DNA of 64,000 nt from Acidobacteriota bacterium (GTDB lineage: Bacteria; Acidobacteriota; JAAYUB01): contig JAFGRT010000122.1 in assembly GCA_016935015.1 (NCBI GenBank), positions 76,310-140,309 on the forward strand, written 5' to 3'. The notes below the pieces were generated by a model. It was not told where the DNA came from. It saw only the letters and a program-made list of their open reading frames with translations, and did no database searches. Shown here in pieces: positions 1 through 9,458 of the stretch. Both the position numbers and the translations under genes were made by a program. Numbering within the stretch: the first letter of the stretch is position 1; the number at the start of each line of letters is the position of its first letter.

Positions 1-2018
1 TTCAGGTAACTGGTGATGGAAGCGTTTTCGGATCGCTCATCGGCAGAAGTCGCCGCCCGGCGAACGGTGCTGCCGCTATCGGTGTAAGCGGCCAGACTGC
101 GCGACTGGCCGCGGGACGAATAGTCAGAAGCCGATGGAGAGGGCTCCTTTCGTTCTTTGCTGCGTGTTGTCGAACTGGAAGATTGCGAGCGGGACGAGCT
201 GGAACTGGACTGGCTGCGGGTGCTGGACTGCGAGCGCGTGGTGGTGGAACGGGATTGGGAACGGGTGGTGGTGGTCGAGCCGCTGCCGGCACTGCGTGAA
301 CTGGACGAGACTCCCGAGCGATTTCCGGACGTACTGCGCGAGGAAGAAGAGACCGAGTCCCTGCTTCGCACGTTACTCGGAGTGACACTCGAGCGACCGG
401 ACGAGTAGCGCTGAATATCCGTGCCTGACCGTGACGTTACGCTGGGTTCTGAGACCCGACGGGAACGGGACCGATCCTGCACATTGTCTTGACTGACGGC
501 CGGCCGGCCGCGGTTCAGTGACTCGTTGGAGGAATACACCCCGCCGGTGCGAGTGGTCGCGGAGCGGTTGCTGAACGAGGCGCTGTTCCGGCTTCGGTCC
601 GTGGATGAAATGGACGGCGTGGCTTGCCCCCGATTGTTCTCGGTACTCAGGGACCTGGAACGTCCGCTGCTGTCCGGCGATGGGGTCAACCCGCCAGCCG
701 ACCGGGTTCGGGTGTACTCCCGCTGCTCTGCCCGGGCCGGATCCACCTTGGGAACGGTCTGCACCATCCGCTCACGCTGGAACAACTGCCGGGTGACCTG
801 TTCATCCGGTCGGAAGATCGTTGCCGCTTCGCTGCGGGCCTGGGTTCTCGAGATGGCATTGCCGCTGTAAATTCCTCGACCAATGGGCTTCCCGCGCCGG
901 AAATCATCTTCATTCACATAAGTCACGGCGTCGCTGTGTCGGCCATTCGCCAGGTTGTAGTAGTTGTTGACGGTGACGTAGTTGTTCTGGATGAAGGTTC
1001 GATGATGTCCCCAGCCGTGATAGTAGCCGTAGTAATAGTCGCCCGGTCCCAGGGGCAACCAGCCGACATAGCCGTAACCAATGCTGAATCGCACCAGTCC
1101 GGGTGACCAGTGGTGAATGCCCCAATAATTCCCGGGCATCCAGACCCAACCGAAAGAATGGTGATGGTGCCAGCGGCCGTAATGATACGGCAGCCAGCCC
1201 CACGGATCATAGGAGATCCAGGTCCAGCCCCAGCGGTGCGTGTACCGCCAGTAGCCGTAACGGTAGGGTGCCCACCCCGCAACGTACGCCGTGGGGGCCC
1301 AGCAATAGCCGTAATCAGCAATGTAATACCAGCGTCCGTGACTATCCAGATCATAGGCCCCGTAACGCACCCCCATATCTTCGGGCAGATAGCGCTTGGA
1401 TTCGATGGAGGCGTAGCGGGAATCCCGCCGTTCGCTCCAGTTGTCGAAGGCATCCATCCGGTCGGCGTTGCCCTGGACGAACTTGGTGCCATCGGGCGGA
1501 ATGAACAGCCGTCCGTTCTCCCTGACTTGCCGGTTGACGCTGTCGTTGATGAATCGGGCTTCACCGTAGCGAACGATGAGCTCCACGGCTTTATCCTGCA
1601 TGACATTGATCCGGTAAACCCCGGAATCCTTCATGACAACTTCCCCGAGGGGGGTACGGATGAGGTAGTCCACATCGCTGCGCACGTTGACAATCAGTTC
1701 ACCCATGGGAAATTCGACATAGACATAATCCATATCCAGACGCACGAAGGACAGTTCGCTGAACTGGTTCAGACGCAGGAACGAGCCGTCGTCGATCTCT
1801 ATCTCCAGCAGACCGTCCCGGTCCAATACCAACCGATCATTGACCTGCAGGGGCAAATTGACATCCACCGTGCTCCATCCGGTGGTGCCGGCTTCCTGCA
1901 TGCTGACATCTCCATCCACATAACTGACACGTGGAATACGGAGAACATCCTCACCCGCCAGGCAAAAAGAAAGGACCAACATACTCATCAACATGTTCAG
2001 GACGAATCTTTTTGCCAT
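1..2018 (-). CDS. Secreted FecR/DUF6600-like protein (3'-partial, runs off window). It has a signal peptide and a W/Y/G/H-rich repeat region followed by a ~250-aa Ser/Arg/Thr-rich low-complexity tail. It is not in the supplied ORF track.
   Basis: Minus-strand ATG at 2018, preceded by AGGAGGAGAACA (Shine-Dalgarno) and an in-frame TGA at 2033-2031. I read the frame codon by codon and found no stop down to position 3. N-terminus MAKRFVLNMLMSMLVLSFCLAGEDV is signal-like. Repeats of the WAPYRYGYW / WGWLPYHYGRW type follow. The listed plus-strand ORFs 624..1106 and 1110..2087 are its antisense shadow in the same codon register. Confidence 0.6.
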   Translation of the reverse strand, partial: MAKRFVLNMLMSMLVLSFCLAGEDVLRIPRVSYVDGDVSMQEAGTTGWSTVDVNLPLQVNDRLVLDRDGLLEIEIDDGSFLRLNQFSELSFVRLDMDYVYVEFPMGELIVNVRSDVDYLIRTPLGEVVMKDSGVYRINVMQDKAVELIVRYGEARFINDSVNRQVRENGRLFIPPDGTKFVQGNADRMDAFDNWSERRDSRYASIESKRYLPEDMGVRYGAYDLDSHGRWYYIADYGYCWAPTAYVAGWAPYRYGYWRYTHRWGWTWISYDPWGWLPYHYGRWHHHHSFGWVWMPGNYWGIHHWSPGLVRFSIGYGYVGWLPLGPGDYYYGYYHGWGHHRTFIQNNYVTVNNYYNLANGRHSDAVTYVNEDDFRRGKPIGRGIYSGNAISRTQARSEAATIFRPDEQVTRQLFQRERMVQTVPKVDPARAEQREYTRTRSAGGLTPSPDSSGRSRSLSTENNRGQATPSISSTDRSRNSASFSNRSATTRTGGVYSSNESLNRGRPAVSQDNVQDRSRSRRVSEPSVTSRSGTDIQRYSSGRSSVTPSNVRSRDSVSSSSRSTSGNRSGVSSSSRSAGSGSTTTTRSQSRSTTTRSQSSTRSQSSSSSSRSQSSSSTTRSKERKEPSPSASDYSSRGQSRSLAAYTDSGSTVRRAATSADERSENASITSYL

Positions 2019-2076
2019 TGTTCTCCTCCTTCAAAAACTTCGCTCACTTATTCTGATCCGAAAACGAATCTAAAGT

Positions 2077-3105
2077 TCAGTTTTTAGAAGATTTTTTCCA
2101 CAATTTGCGTCCGATTGCGGCAGCGATTCTGTCAATATCCAACAAAAGGGTGGGCAGATCGGCGGGAAACATGGACTGGTCACCATCCGACCAGGCGATG
2201 GAAGGTTGCGGGTGGATCTCGATCATGACGCCGTCGGCGCCGGCGGCGACAGCGGCGCGAGACATGGCCGGCACCAGTTCGCGGCGACCGGTGCCGTGGC
2301 TGGGATCGACGATAACGGGCAAGTGGGTTTCTCGTTTCAAGAACGGGATCGCGCTTAAATCCAGGGTGTTGCGGGTATGATCAGAGACGGTCCGAATACC
2401 TCGCTCACACAGAATGACGTTGCGATTGCCGCTGATGACGATGTACTCGGCCGCCATCAGGAACTCCTCAAGGGTGGCCGCCATACCCCGCTTGAGAAGG
2501 ACGGGTTTGCCCAGCTCACCGACGGCTCTGAGTAGTGAGAAATTGTGCATGTTGCGGGAACCGATCTGAATGACATCCACGATATCGGCCAGCAAGCGCA
2601 GACAGCGATCATCCAGGGCTTCAGTGACCAGCAGCATCCCCATGTTCTTTAACTCCCGAAGGATGGAAAGGCCACTCTCTCCCAGTCCTTGAAAAGAATA
2701 GGGGGAAGTCCGGGGTTTGAAAAGCCCGCCCCGGAAAAATACCAGACCGCTCTTTTGCATGAGAGTCGCCAGTTCACGAGCGATGGGTTCCGATTCGATG
2801 GCGCAAGGACCGGCGATGACATGCACATATTCGCCGCCGATGAGCACATCGGCGAAAGCGATGGTGGTATCGGCAGGATGATAGCGGCGGGACGTAAGCT
2901 GGTAGGGGGTTCCCAGCCGGAATTGATGGGTGACCAGGGCGCTTTCCGCCAGCAAGGTGGCGGCTCGGTCGGATGGATTTTCGGTGATCAGCAAATGACT
3001 TTCGTCGAATTTCACCAGATAACTCTCGACTCCCTCTTTCCGCAGTCGTCCGCGTAAGGTATCGATTCGCTCGGCGTCGGCATAATTGGCAAGTTTGCAA
3101 ATCAT
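2077..3105 (-). CDS. aroF: 3-deoxy-7-phosphoheptulonate (DAHP) synthase, class I-beta, with an N-terminal ferredoxin-like/ACT regulatory domain
   Basis: 342-aa ORF. The C-terminal catalytic barrel carries KPRTSPYSFQGLG and RNMHNF motifs typical of Thermotoga/Bacillus-type DAHP synthases. The ~90-aa N-terminal extension is regulatory. Confidence 0.85.
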   Translation of the reverse strand: MICKLANYADAERIDTLRGRLRKEGVESYLVKFDESHLLITENPSDRAATLLAESALVTHQFRLGTPYQLTSRRYHPADTTIAFADVLIGGEYVHVIAGPCAIESEPIARELATLMQKSGLVFFRGGLFKPRTSPYSFQGLGESGLSILRELKNMGMLLVTEALDDRCLRLLADIVDVIQIGSRNMHNFSLLRAVGELGKPVLLKRGMAATLEEFLMAAEYIVISGNRNVILCERGIRTVSDHTRNTLDLSAIPFLKRETHLPVIVDPSHGTGRRELVPAMSRAAVAAGADGVMIEIHPQPSIAWSDGDQSMFPADLPTLLLDIDRIAAAIGRKLWKKSSKN

Positions 3106-3130
3106 GTTTATTTATCCTGAGTGAGAACGC

Positions 3131-3159
3131 ATTATAGTCAAAAAAAGGGGCGATATCAA
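3131..3159 (-). promoter_or_regulatory. Candidate sigma70 promoter for aroF: -35 TTGATA, 17-bp spacer, -10 TATAAT (read on the minus strand), ~20-nt leader
   Basis: Plus-strand attata at 3131-3136 and tatcaa at 3154-3159 give a consensus-like -10/-35 with 17-bp spacing just upstream of the aroF ATG (3105). An AGGA ribosome-binding site lies between them. Confidence 0.4.
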
Positions 3160-3525
3160 TTTATTTATCTGTACTGTACCGGGGGTTGAATCTCCTGAAT
3201 ATTCGGCATAGTTACTGTTGCGCCAAAAATACAGTTCAATAGTCCGGAGACAGTTTTTCGACAACATACACTGCGCCAAAAAGATGGATGTCGGCGACGA
3301 TGTCGGAGATTTTTGGGGTGGTTATTTTGTAGAGGTGAAGGTATTGTTCTCGGTGCCACCGAAGCAGGCACGACGACACGGATTGCACAAATTATTAGCA
3401 ATTTGTTAAAGTGGCTGAAGAGAGTAAAAATATGGCACCTGCGAACATGAATTTCTCCAAATTATCCACAATTTCTGTTGAATTTTTTTGTGGGCCTCCA
3501 ACTTTTCGTACAGGTGTGATACACG

Positions 3526-4266
3526 TCACTGTATAAAGACCAGACTCTTATATTTTTTCCCTGTTATATCCGATATTTTACGGCTATATCTTGAGATAAA
3601 ACTCGATATATTGGAAGATACTCCGGCAGTGTCTGTTACCTCATCCGGCGGCCGGCGAAGCATGCACGTCTGCAAGGCGACAAATTTCTCCATTTCCGGC
3701 CGCTCGGATGATTCGCCGGGTAAACGGCAGGCTTCGCAGACAACAGCCAGATCCGCGTCCTGAAAAAAGGCCGGCGGATTCTCCCCACTGAACGGTCGAT
3801 GACAACGTCCGCAGACGCCCACATCGGGATGCCATCCTTCCAGCCGCAGCAGCCAGAAGTAGAAATAGAGAAGATCAGCGGGAGTATATCCGCGATGGGC
3901 TATGCATGAAACCAGAGCACTCACCAGACGATAGATTCGGGCACCGTACTGTGGGTCGATTTCCACCGACAAGAGCACTTCGGCCATGTGGGAGCAGAAA
4001 TAGAAATCGGACAGGCGTTCCGGCTGAAGATAAAAGCCTTGGTTGAGGGACGCCTCGAAAAGCCGCCCCAGCTGATGGGGATCGTCGGCGGAAAAGCGGA
4101 TGGATACCAGATTGAAAGGAGAGATGATGCCGTGCAGGGCATTCTGGGGCCGCTTCAGGCCCCGGCAGATCAGTCGTAATTTGCCGCTTTGTCTCGTCAG
4201 GACGACAACGATGGCATCCGACTCGGCGTAAGGGTAGATTCTGAGCACAAAGGCATCATCTTCCAT
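3526..4266 (-). CDS. recO: DNA repair protein RecO
   Basis: 246 aa. N-terminal OB-fold region and a C-terminal C4 zinc motif (CGRCHRP...CEAC) typical of RecO. Confidence 0.8.
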   Translation of the reverse strand: MEDDAFVLRIYPYAESDAIVVVLTRQSGKLRLICRGLKRPQNALHGIISPFNLVSIRFSADDPHQLGRLFEASLNQGFYLQPERLSDFYFCSHMAEVLLSVEIDPQYGARIYRLVSALVSCIAHRGYTPADLLYFYFWLLRLEGWHPDVGVCGRCHRPFSGENPPAFFQDADLAVVCEACRLPGESSERPEMEKFVALQTCMLRRPPDEVTDTAGVSSNISSFISRYSRKISDITGKKYKSLVFIQ

Positions 4267-4275
4267 GCCGGGCCC

Positions 4276-5655
4276 CTATAATCCGAAAAGGCCGAACAGA
4301 ATGGTCGCCAGACCCAGAAAAGTGGAAAAGCCAATGATGTCATTCAGGGTGGAAACAAATATCGGCGAGGAGAGTGCCGGATCGATCTTGGACCACTTCA
4401 ACAGTAGCGGGATGACGGTGCCCCAGATGGCGGCCAGGGTAATGTTCACGAAAATGGCGATGGCCATAACCAGGCCGATGTAGTAGTTTTGTTCCCAGAA
4501 ATAACCCAGGAATCCGCTGACCAGCCCCGCCAATGCACCCATGGTCACGCCATTGAACAATCCGACCCGCAACTCTTTCCAGATATATTTGCGGATACTC
4601 TCGGACGCCAGCTCACCGATAGCCAGTCCGCGGACTGTTACCGTCATCACCTGATTGCCGGCGTTGCCGGCCATTCCGCCGACGACAGGAAAAAAGAAGG
4701 CGAGGATGACATAGGCACCGATGGTTCCCTGAAAGGCGGAAACCACCCAGGCCGTGACCAGACCGATTCCGAGATAAATGCCCAACCAGGGGATTCTTTT
4801 CCGGATGGAGGAAAAGGCGGGCGAATAGGTATGATCATCGGCGTCCACGCCGGCCAGGTAAAAAATGTCCTCCGTGGCTTCGGCCTTGATAACATCAATG
4901 ATGTCGTCCACAGTGACCACACCCACAATCCGGTTGGCACCATCTACCACCGGGATGGCCAGCAGATTGTACTTGGCCACCTGCCGGGCGACCTCTTCCT
5001 GATCGGTCTCCGTGTTGACGCTGATGACATTGGTGCGCATGATCTTTTTGAGCGGCAGCCCAGGGGCGTGCAGCAGGAAATGCTTGAGGGACATGACCCC
5101 CACCAGCCGATCCTGCGGATCCACCACATAGATGTAAAAGAACACAGCCGTGTCCTCCCGGGCCTGGATCACCTGAATAGCCTCGCCCACCGTCTGGTCC
5201 TCCCGGAGAGCCAGGAAATCGGTGTTCATGATACGGCCGGCTGTTTCCTCTTCATATTTCAGGAGATCACGCACGGAGGATGATTCTTCGCTGCTCATCA
5301 GGTCCAGGATTTGCCGGGAATCCTCCTCCGGCATGGCCCCCAGGAGTTCCGCCGCATCATCACTGTCCATCTCTTGCAGGACCTTGACCCGCTTCACCAG
5401 CGACAACGTGGACAAGGTCTGTACCCCCTTGACCACGCCCATTTCACTCACAGACTCGGCCGCCAGTTCAAGGTCCATGTCACAAAGCATGTCGACCAGG
5501 CGTGTCCGCTCCGTATCCATCAGGCTATGCAGCACATAGGCAATATCCGCCGAATGTATTTTGCGCAGGATGTTGGCCACATGCTTGAAATCCTTGCGGC
5601 GAATCAGTTTCTTCACCGATTCGAGCAGAACGATGAGTTTTCGGCTGTGTGTCAT
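4276..5655 (-). CDS. mgtE: Magnesium transporter MgtE (N-terminal domain, tandem CBS, 5-TM pore domain)
   Basis: 459-aa ORF with the characteristic MgtE architecture. The C-terminal hydrophobic pore contains a GNAGNQ-like segment. Confidence 0.9.
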   Translation of the reverse strand: MTHSRKLIVLLESVKKLIRRKDFKHVANILRKIHSADIAYVLHSLMDTERTRLVDMLCDMDLELAAESVSEMGVVKGVQTLSTLSLVKRVKVLQEMDSDDAAELLGAMPEEDSRQILDLMSSEESSSVRDLLKYEEETAGRIMNTDFLALREDQTVGEAIQVIQAREDTAVFFYIYVVDPQDRLVGVMSLKHFLLHAPGLPLKKIMRTNVISVNTETDQEEVARQVAKYNLLAIPVVDGANRIVGVVTVDDIIDVIKAEATEDIFYLAGVDADDHTYSPAFSSIRKRIPWLGIYLGIGLVTAWVVSAFQGTIGAYVILAFFFPVVGGMAGNAGNQVMTVTVRGLAIGELASESIRKYIWKELRVGLFNGVTMGALAGLVSGFLGYFWEQNYYIGLVMAIAIFVNITLAAIWGTVIPLLLKWSKIDPALSSPIFVSTLNDIIGFSTFLGLATILFGLFGL

Positions 5656-5960
5656 GACAACACCTGCAGGTTTTGTTCTCGGGCAGGCTTACCTTGCCCC
5701 ACCGCTTCCGGTGAAAACAGAACGGTCTGAACGATGGCAGCTGTCTCGCTGCGATCACACAATACAATCGGAAGGAATTCCGGTGATTGCGGGCGATCGG
5801 ATATTCGGTCCATTTTCGAAATTCATTGTAATGAATGGATGAACCTGCGGTCAACAACAAGTGTACGATTTAAAAAAATAGACCGGATGCCAACCGAATC
5901 CGCTTGTCAGTCGTATTATGGAATAGAGCGCCTGGCTGACATAGCAGAGAGGGGTACGAT

Positions 5961-6204
5961 CATGGGACAGAGCCTCCCGGGAATACCAAAAGACCTACTG
6001 CTCCATCGTATTATGGACTACCTGGAGCTGCTGAATGAAAGTGATCGAAAGATGTTCATTATGAGGCATTACCAGGGACGATCCGAATCGGAGATTAGTC
6101 GCTCCCTGAAAATTTCGGCCCGTAAGGTACACCGTTCTCTGGATCACTCCTCCCGTCGTATGTTCAGGCATCTGCGTTCTCTTCGCCAAAAACTCTGTCA
6201 CTAG
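5961..6204 (+). CDS. Small stand-alone sigma-70 region-4 (HTH) protein. No region 2 is present, so this may be a sigma-factor fragment.
   Basis: The C-terminal ~60 aa (LLNESDRKMFIMRHYQGRSESEISRSLKISARKVHRSLDHSSRRM) match ECF sigma region 4.2. The upstream part of track ORF 5734..6204 has no region-2 signature. An internal ATG at 5961 follows GAGAGGGG. Confidence 0.4.
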
Positions 6205-6333
6205 GCACGTCCACCCATTCCAACATTCCGTCTGCCGATCGTTTCGGGGCCCCGATCCGCCGTGATGGCGCACTTTTTTCCCGCTTGCCCGCCCCGGCGC
6301 TTTCTGATAGACTTTGGCACCATTGGAGGCGAG

Positions 6334-7365
6334 ATGCGATCCACCTATAAAACCTATGCTCGCATTGTCGAAAAGTTCAAGAGTCTGACCATTCTCCATC
6401 TGGGGGATCTTGTTCTGGATCAGTTCTTGTTTGGGGAAATCTCCCGCATCTCCCGGGAAGCCCCCGTCCTGATCCTGAAGTACAGGGAAACCATCAACAT
6501 CCCCGGCGGCGGCGCCAACGCCATCCACAACCTGCTGACGCTTGGCGCACGGGTGCTGCCCATCGGTGCGCTGGGCCGGGACGAAGCCGGTGGCTGGTTG
6601 TACAAATTTTTCCGTGACATGGGCGTGGATGTGACGGGCATCATGCGCAAGGACGAATATTGCACCCCCGTCAAAACCCGCATTTTGGCCGGGGCGTTTC
6701 ATTCCTCCATGCAACAGATGCTGCGCATCGACCGTGAAAACGTCCGGACGCAGCCCATCTGTTCCGTCCAAGAAATCACCCGTTCGCTGGAAAAGTTCTT
6801 GCCTCAGGTCAACGCCGTCATGATTTCTGATTACGGCTACGGCTTCATTCATGAACACTGTTTTGAACTGCTGCGGGACCACTGCCGCCAGCGGGGTATC
6901 CCCATCATCGTTGACAGCCGCTTCGAAATGCGCCGCTTCAAGGAAGTAACCAGCGTAACTCCGAACATCTCCGAAGTGGAAGAATCTTACCAGACACCCA
7001 TCGGCGAAGATCTGAGCAAAATGGACAAGCTGGCGGCCAAAATCCTCAAGGAATTACACCTGGAGGCGCTGCTCATCACCCGGGGACGCTACGGGATGTC
7101 CCTCTATCAGAAGAAGGAGAAACCAGCCCATATTTCCGTTTTCGGATCCGACGAAGTGTCTGATGTCACGGGTGCCGGCGATACGGTCATCTCGGTCTAT
7201 ACCCTGGCCCTGGCCGCCGGAGCCGATTTCGAGACGGCCGCCCGGCTGTCCAATTACGCCGGTGGCATCGTGGTCATGAAACGTGGTACGGCCACCGTCT
7301 CCACCAAGGAGCTGATGAGTGCCATCCGCAGTGATTTTCGCGAGCGGAAACTCCAGACCATATGA
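6334..7365 (+). CDS. hldA: D-glycero-beta-D-manno-heptose-7-phosphate kinase (RfaE domain I, PfkB family)
   Basis: PfkB carbohydrate-kinase motifs (GGGANAIHN, DVTGAGDT). The start was trimmed to the ATG at 6334 behind GGAGG. A 4-nt overlap with the next gene is typical of split hldE. Confidence 0.8.
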   Translation: MRSTYKTYARIVEKFKSLTILHLGDLVLDQFLFGEISRISREAPVLILKYRETINIPGGGANAIHNLLTLGARVLPIGALGRDEAGGWLYKFFRDMGVDVTGIMRKDEYCTPVKTRILAGAFHSSMQQMLRIDRENVRTQPICSVQEITRSLEKFLPQVNAVMISDYGYGFIHEHCFELLRDHCRQRGIPIIVDSRFEMRRFKEVTSVTPNISEVEESYQTPIGEDLSKMDKLAAKILKELHLEALLITRGRYGMSLYQKKEKPAHISVFGSDEVSDVTGAGDTVISVYTLALAAGADFETAARLSNYAGGIVVMKRGTATVSTKELMSAIRSDFRERKLQTI

Positions 7366-7841
7366 AAAAGAAAATCGTCACGGCAGCCGAAGCAGAGGCG
7401 ATCATCCGCCAAACAAGACGCGAAGGCAAGGTCGTGGTCATGGCCAACGGATGCTTCGACCTGATTCACGTCGGCCATATCCGCTATCTGCAGGCTGCCC
7501 GCCAAATGGGTGACCTGCTGGTGGTGGCCCTCAACAGTGATGCCGGCATCCGGCAACTCAAGGGCAGCGGCCGCCCGATTATGAACCAACACGACCGCTC
7601 CGTTATTCTGGCGGCCATGGAAATGGTGGACTGGATCGTCATTTTCGACGAACCGGATGTCCGGGCCTTGCTGCGCCGTCTTCGACCGGACATCCAGGTC
7701 AAAGGAACGGATTACACCGAAGAGACCGTTCCGGAAAGGGAAGTCGTGCTCGGCTACGGCGGCCGCGTCCGAATCGCCGGCGATCCCAAGGATCATTCCA
7801 CCCGGGATCTGATTGCCGACATCATTGCTCATCATGAATGA
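7362..7841 (+). CDS. hldC: D-glycero-beta-D-manno-heptose-1-phosphate adenylyltransferase (RfaE domain II, cytidylyltransferase fold)
   Basis: 159 aa. The NGCFDLIHVGH(I) nucleotidyltransferase motif is present. Translationally coupled to hldA. Confidence 0.85.
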   Translation: MKKKIVTAAEAEAIIRQTRREGKVVVMANGCFDLIHVGHIRYLQAARQMGDLLVVALNSDAGIRQLKGSGRPIMNQHDRSVILAAMEMVDWIVIFDEPDVRALLRRLRPDIQVKGTDYTEETVPEREVVLGYGGRVRIAGDPKDHSTRDLIADIIAHHE

Positions 7842-8880
7842 TGGCTTTGCGAACATTCTGGTGATTAAGCTCAGTGCGTTGGGGGACATCGTCCATGCCG
7901 TCCCCGCGGTCAACGCCCTGAAACGCACCTTTCCCGCCAGCCGACTGCACTGGTGTGTGGAGGCCCATTGTTCCGTACTGGTCGAACACCTGGCCTGTGT
8001 GGACCGGGTCCATACGGCCCACACCCGGATGTGGCGTCGGGGTAAGAGGTGGACGGGAAGTCAGGGCATGTATCGTTTCATCGCCGGTTTGCGGGACATC
8101 GGCTTCGATGTCTGCCTGGATTTCCAGGGGCTGCTGAAATCCGCTGTTCTGGCAAGGCTTTCCGGCAGCCGGGAACGCATCGGTTGGGAGAAATCCTTGC
8201 TGCGGGAATCCTTGGCTCGACATCTGTACACGCGGACTGTCGGGAATATCGCCTTCGATACACACATGATTGAACAGTGCGCGGCGCAGGTTAAAACGAT
8301 GGGTGTTGTCGCTGTTCCATGGGAATTTCCGTTCCGGCTGCCCGGAACCGCCATCGCTGCAGCCGAAAGTTTTCGCCAATCCCTGCCCCGGGAAACGTAC
8401 GTGCTGCTGAACCCCGGTGCCGGCTGGCCGACCAAGCGCTGGCCGGCCACACTCTTCGGCGAACTGTCCCGACGGATGGAGCATGAGTTGAATCTGACTC
8501 CCGTGATCACCTATGGTCCTGGGGAGGAGCCGCTCCTAGAGGAAATTCGGACGATCTGTCCCGAAGTTGTTCCCGCACCGCTGGGACTGATGGAATTCAT
8601 GGCGATATGCCGGCAGGCCCGCTGCTTTGTCGGCGGTGACACCGGCCCCATGCACCTGGCTTCCGCCGTCGGCACTCCGGTGGTGGCGATGTTCGGTCCT
8701 TCCCTGCCCTCCCGGAACGGGCCGTTCGCCGCAGATGATATCGTCATGTGGCGCGACCTGCCCTGCGCCGGATCGTACCGCCGTCATTGTGATGACTGGC
8801 GCTGCATGGATTTTACCGTCGCTGAAGTTTTCGCCGCGGTGGAACAACGAATCCAGCGGAGGGAATCCCATGGAATGTAA
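7834..8880 (+). CDS. ADP-heptose:LPS heptosyltransferase (glycosyltransferase family 9, WaaC/WaaF-like)
   Basis: GT9 hallmarks are present (ILVIKLSALGD, LNPGAGWPTKRWP, GGDTGPMHLA). The ATG at 7834 overlaps the hldC stop. Confidence 0.8.
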   Translation: MNDGFANILVIKLSALGDIVHAVPAVNALKRTFPASRLHWCVEAHCSVLVEHLACVDRVHTAHTRMWRRGKRWTGSQGMYRFIAGLRDIGFDVCLDFQGLLKSAVLARLSGSRERIGWEKSLLRESLARHLYTRTVGNIAFDTHMIEQCAAQVKTMGVVAVPWEFPFRLPGTAIAAAESFRQSLPRETYVLLNPGAGWPTKRWPATLFGELSRRMEHELNLTPVITYGPGEEPLLEEIRTICPEVVPAPLGLMEFMAICRQARCFVGGDTGPMHLASAVGTPVVAMFGPSLPSRNGPFAADDIVMWRDLPCAGSYRRHCDDWRCMDFTVAEVFAAVEQRIQRRESHGM

Positions 8881-9412
8881 GGTATGGCTGCAAAAATGGC
8901 GCGTACCGCTCGGATTTGCCTTCGCCCTGGTCTTCTTTTTGTTAAGCCGTCCAGACTGGCACCTGCTCCTGGTGGGTGCACCCTCGATCGTCGCCGGCCT
9001 GTGGGTCCGCGTCTGGGCGGCCGGTCATATCCGCAAGAGCAAGGAAATCACCCGGAGCGGCCCCTACGCCCAGAGTCGCAATCCACTGTATCTGGGCAGC
9101 TTTCTCTTGGGCCTCGGCTTTTCTCTGCAGAGCGGGTTGTGGTTCTTTCCTCTGCTCTTCATCATCCTGTTTTTTGCCATTTACTTGCCGGTAATGCGGC
9201 GCGAGGAATGGGAGCTGCAGCGCGTGTTCGGCGAGGAATTTGATCGCTACCGCCAGGCTGTCGCCCTGTTCTGGCCTTGGCCCGGCCGGACGATCGATGC
9301 CGCGGGACGATTCTCCCGGCGGCAGGCTGTGCGGAATCGTGAATACAATTCTCTCTTTGGCGCTCTGGCGGCGGAGGGTATCCTTATGGCCAAGATCGTG
9401 TTTTTTTCATGA
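8870..9412 (+). CDS. Membrane methyltransferase of the isoprenylcysteine carboxyl methyltransferase (ICMT)/PEMT family
   Basis: ~180 aa and 4-5 TM. It carries the C-terminal RxxEExxLxxxFGxxYxxY-type motif (RREEWELQRVFGEEFDRY) typical of ICMT/PEMT enzymes. Its start overlaps the heptosyltransferase stop (ATGGAATGTAA). Confidence 0.65.
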   Translation: MECKVWLQKWRVPLGFAFALVFFLLSRPDWHLLLVGAPSIVAGLWVRVWAAGHIRKSKEITRSGPYAQSRNPLYLGSFLLGLGFSLQSGLWFFPLLFIILFFAIYLPVMRREEWELQRVFGEEFDRYRQAVALFWPWPGRTIDAAGRFSRRQAVRNREYNSLFGALAAEGILMAKIVFFS

Positions 9413-9458
9413 GGCGCTGCACTGGCATTGACCGTAAATCCGCGCCAACGGAAACACC

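Noticed and set aside
624-2087. Plus-strand ORFs 624..1106 and 1110..2087 (160 and 325 aa)
   Set aside because: They are in exact antisense codon register to the long minus-strand gene that has a GGAGG ribosome-binding site and a signal peptide. Their translations are low-complexity (V/G/P/H-rich), with no ribosome-binding site and no recognisable domains. This is typical high-GC shadow ORF behaviour.
5656-5960. M-box (Mg) riboswitch upstream of mgtE
   Set aside because: I could not recognise the conserved M-box sequence elements in the 5' region by eye. It remains possible; a covariance-model scan (Rfam RF00380) would decide.
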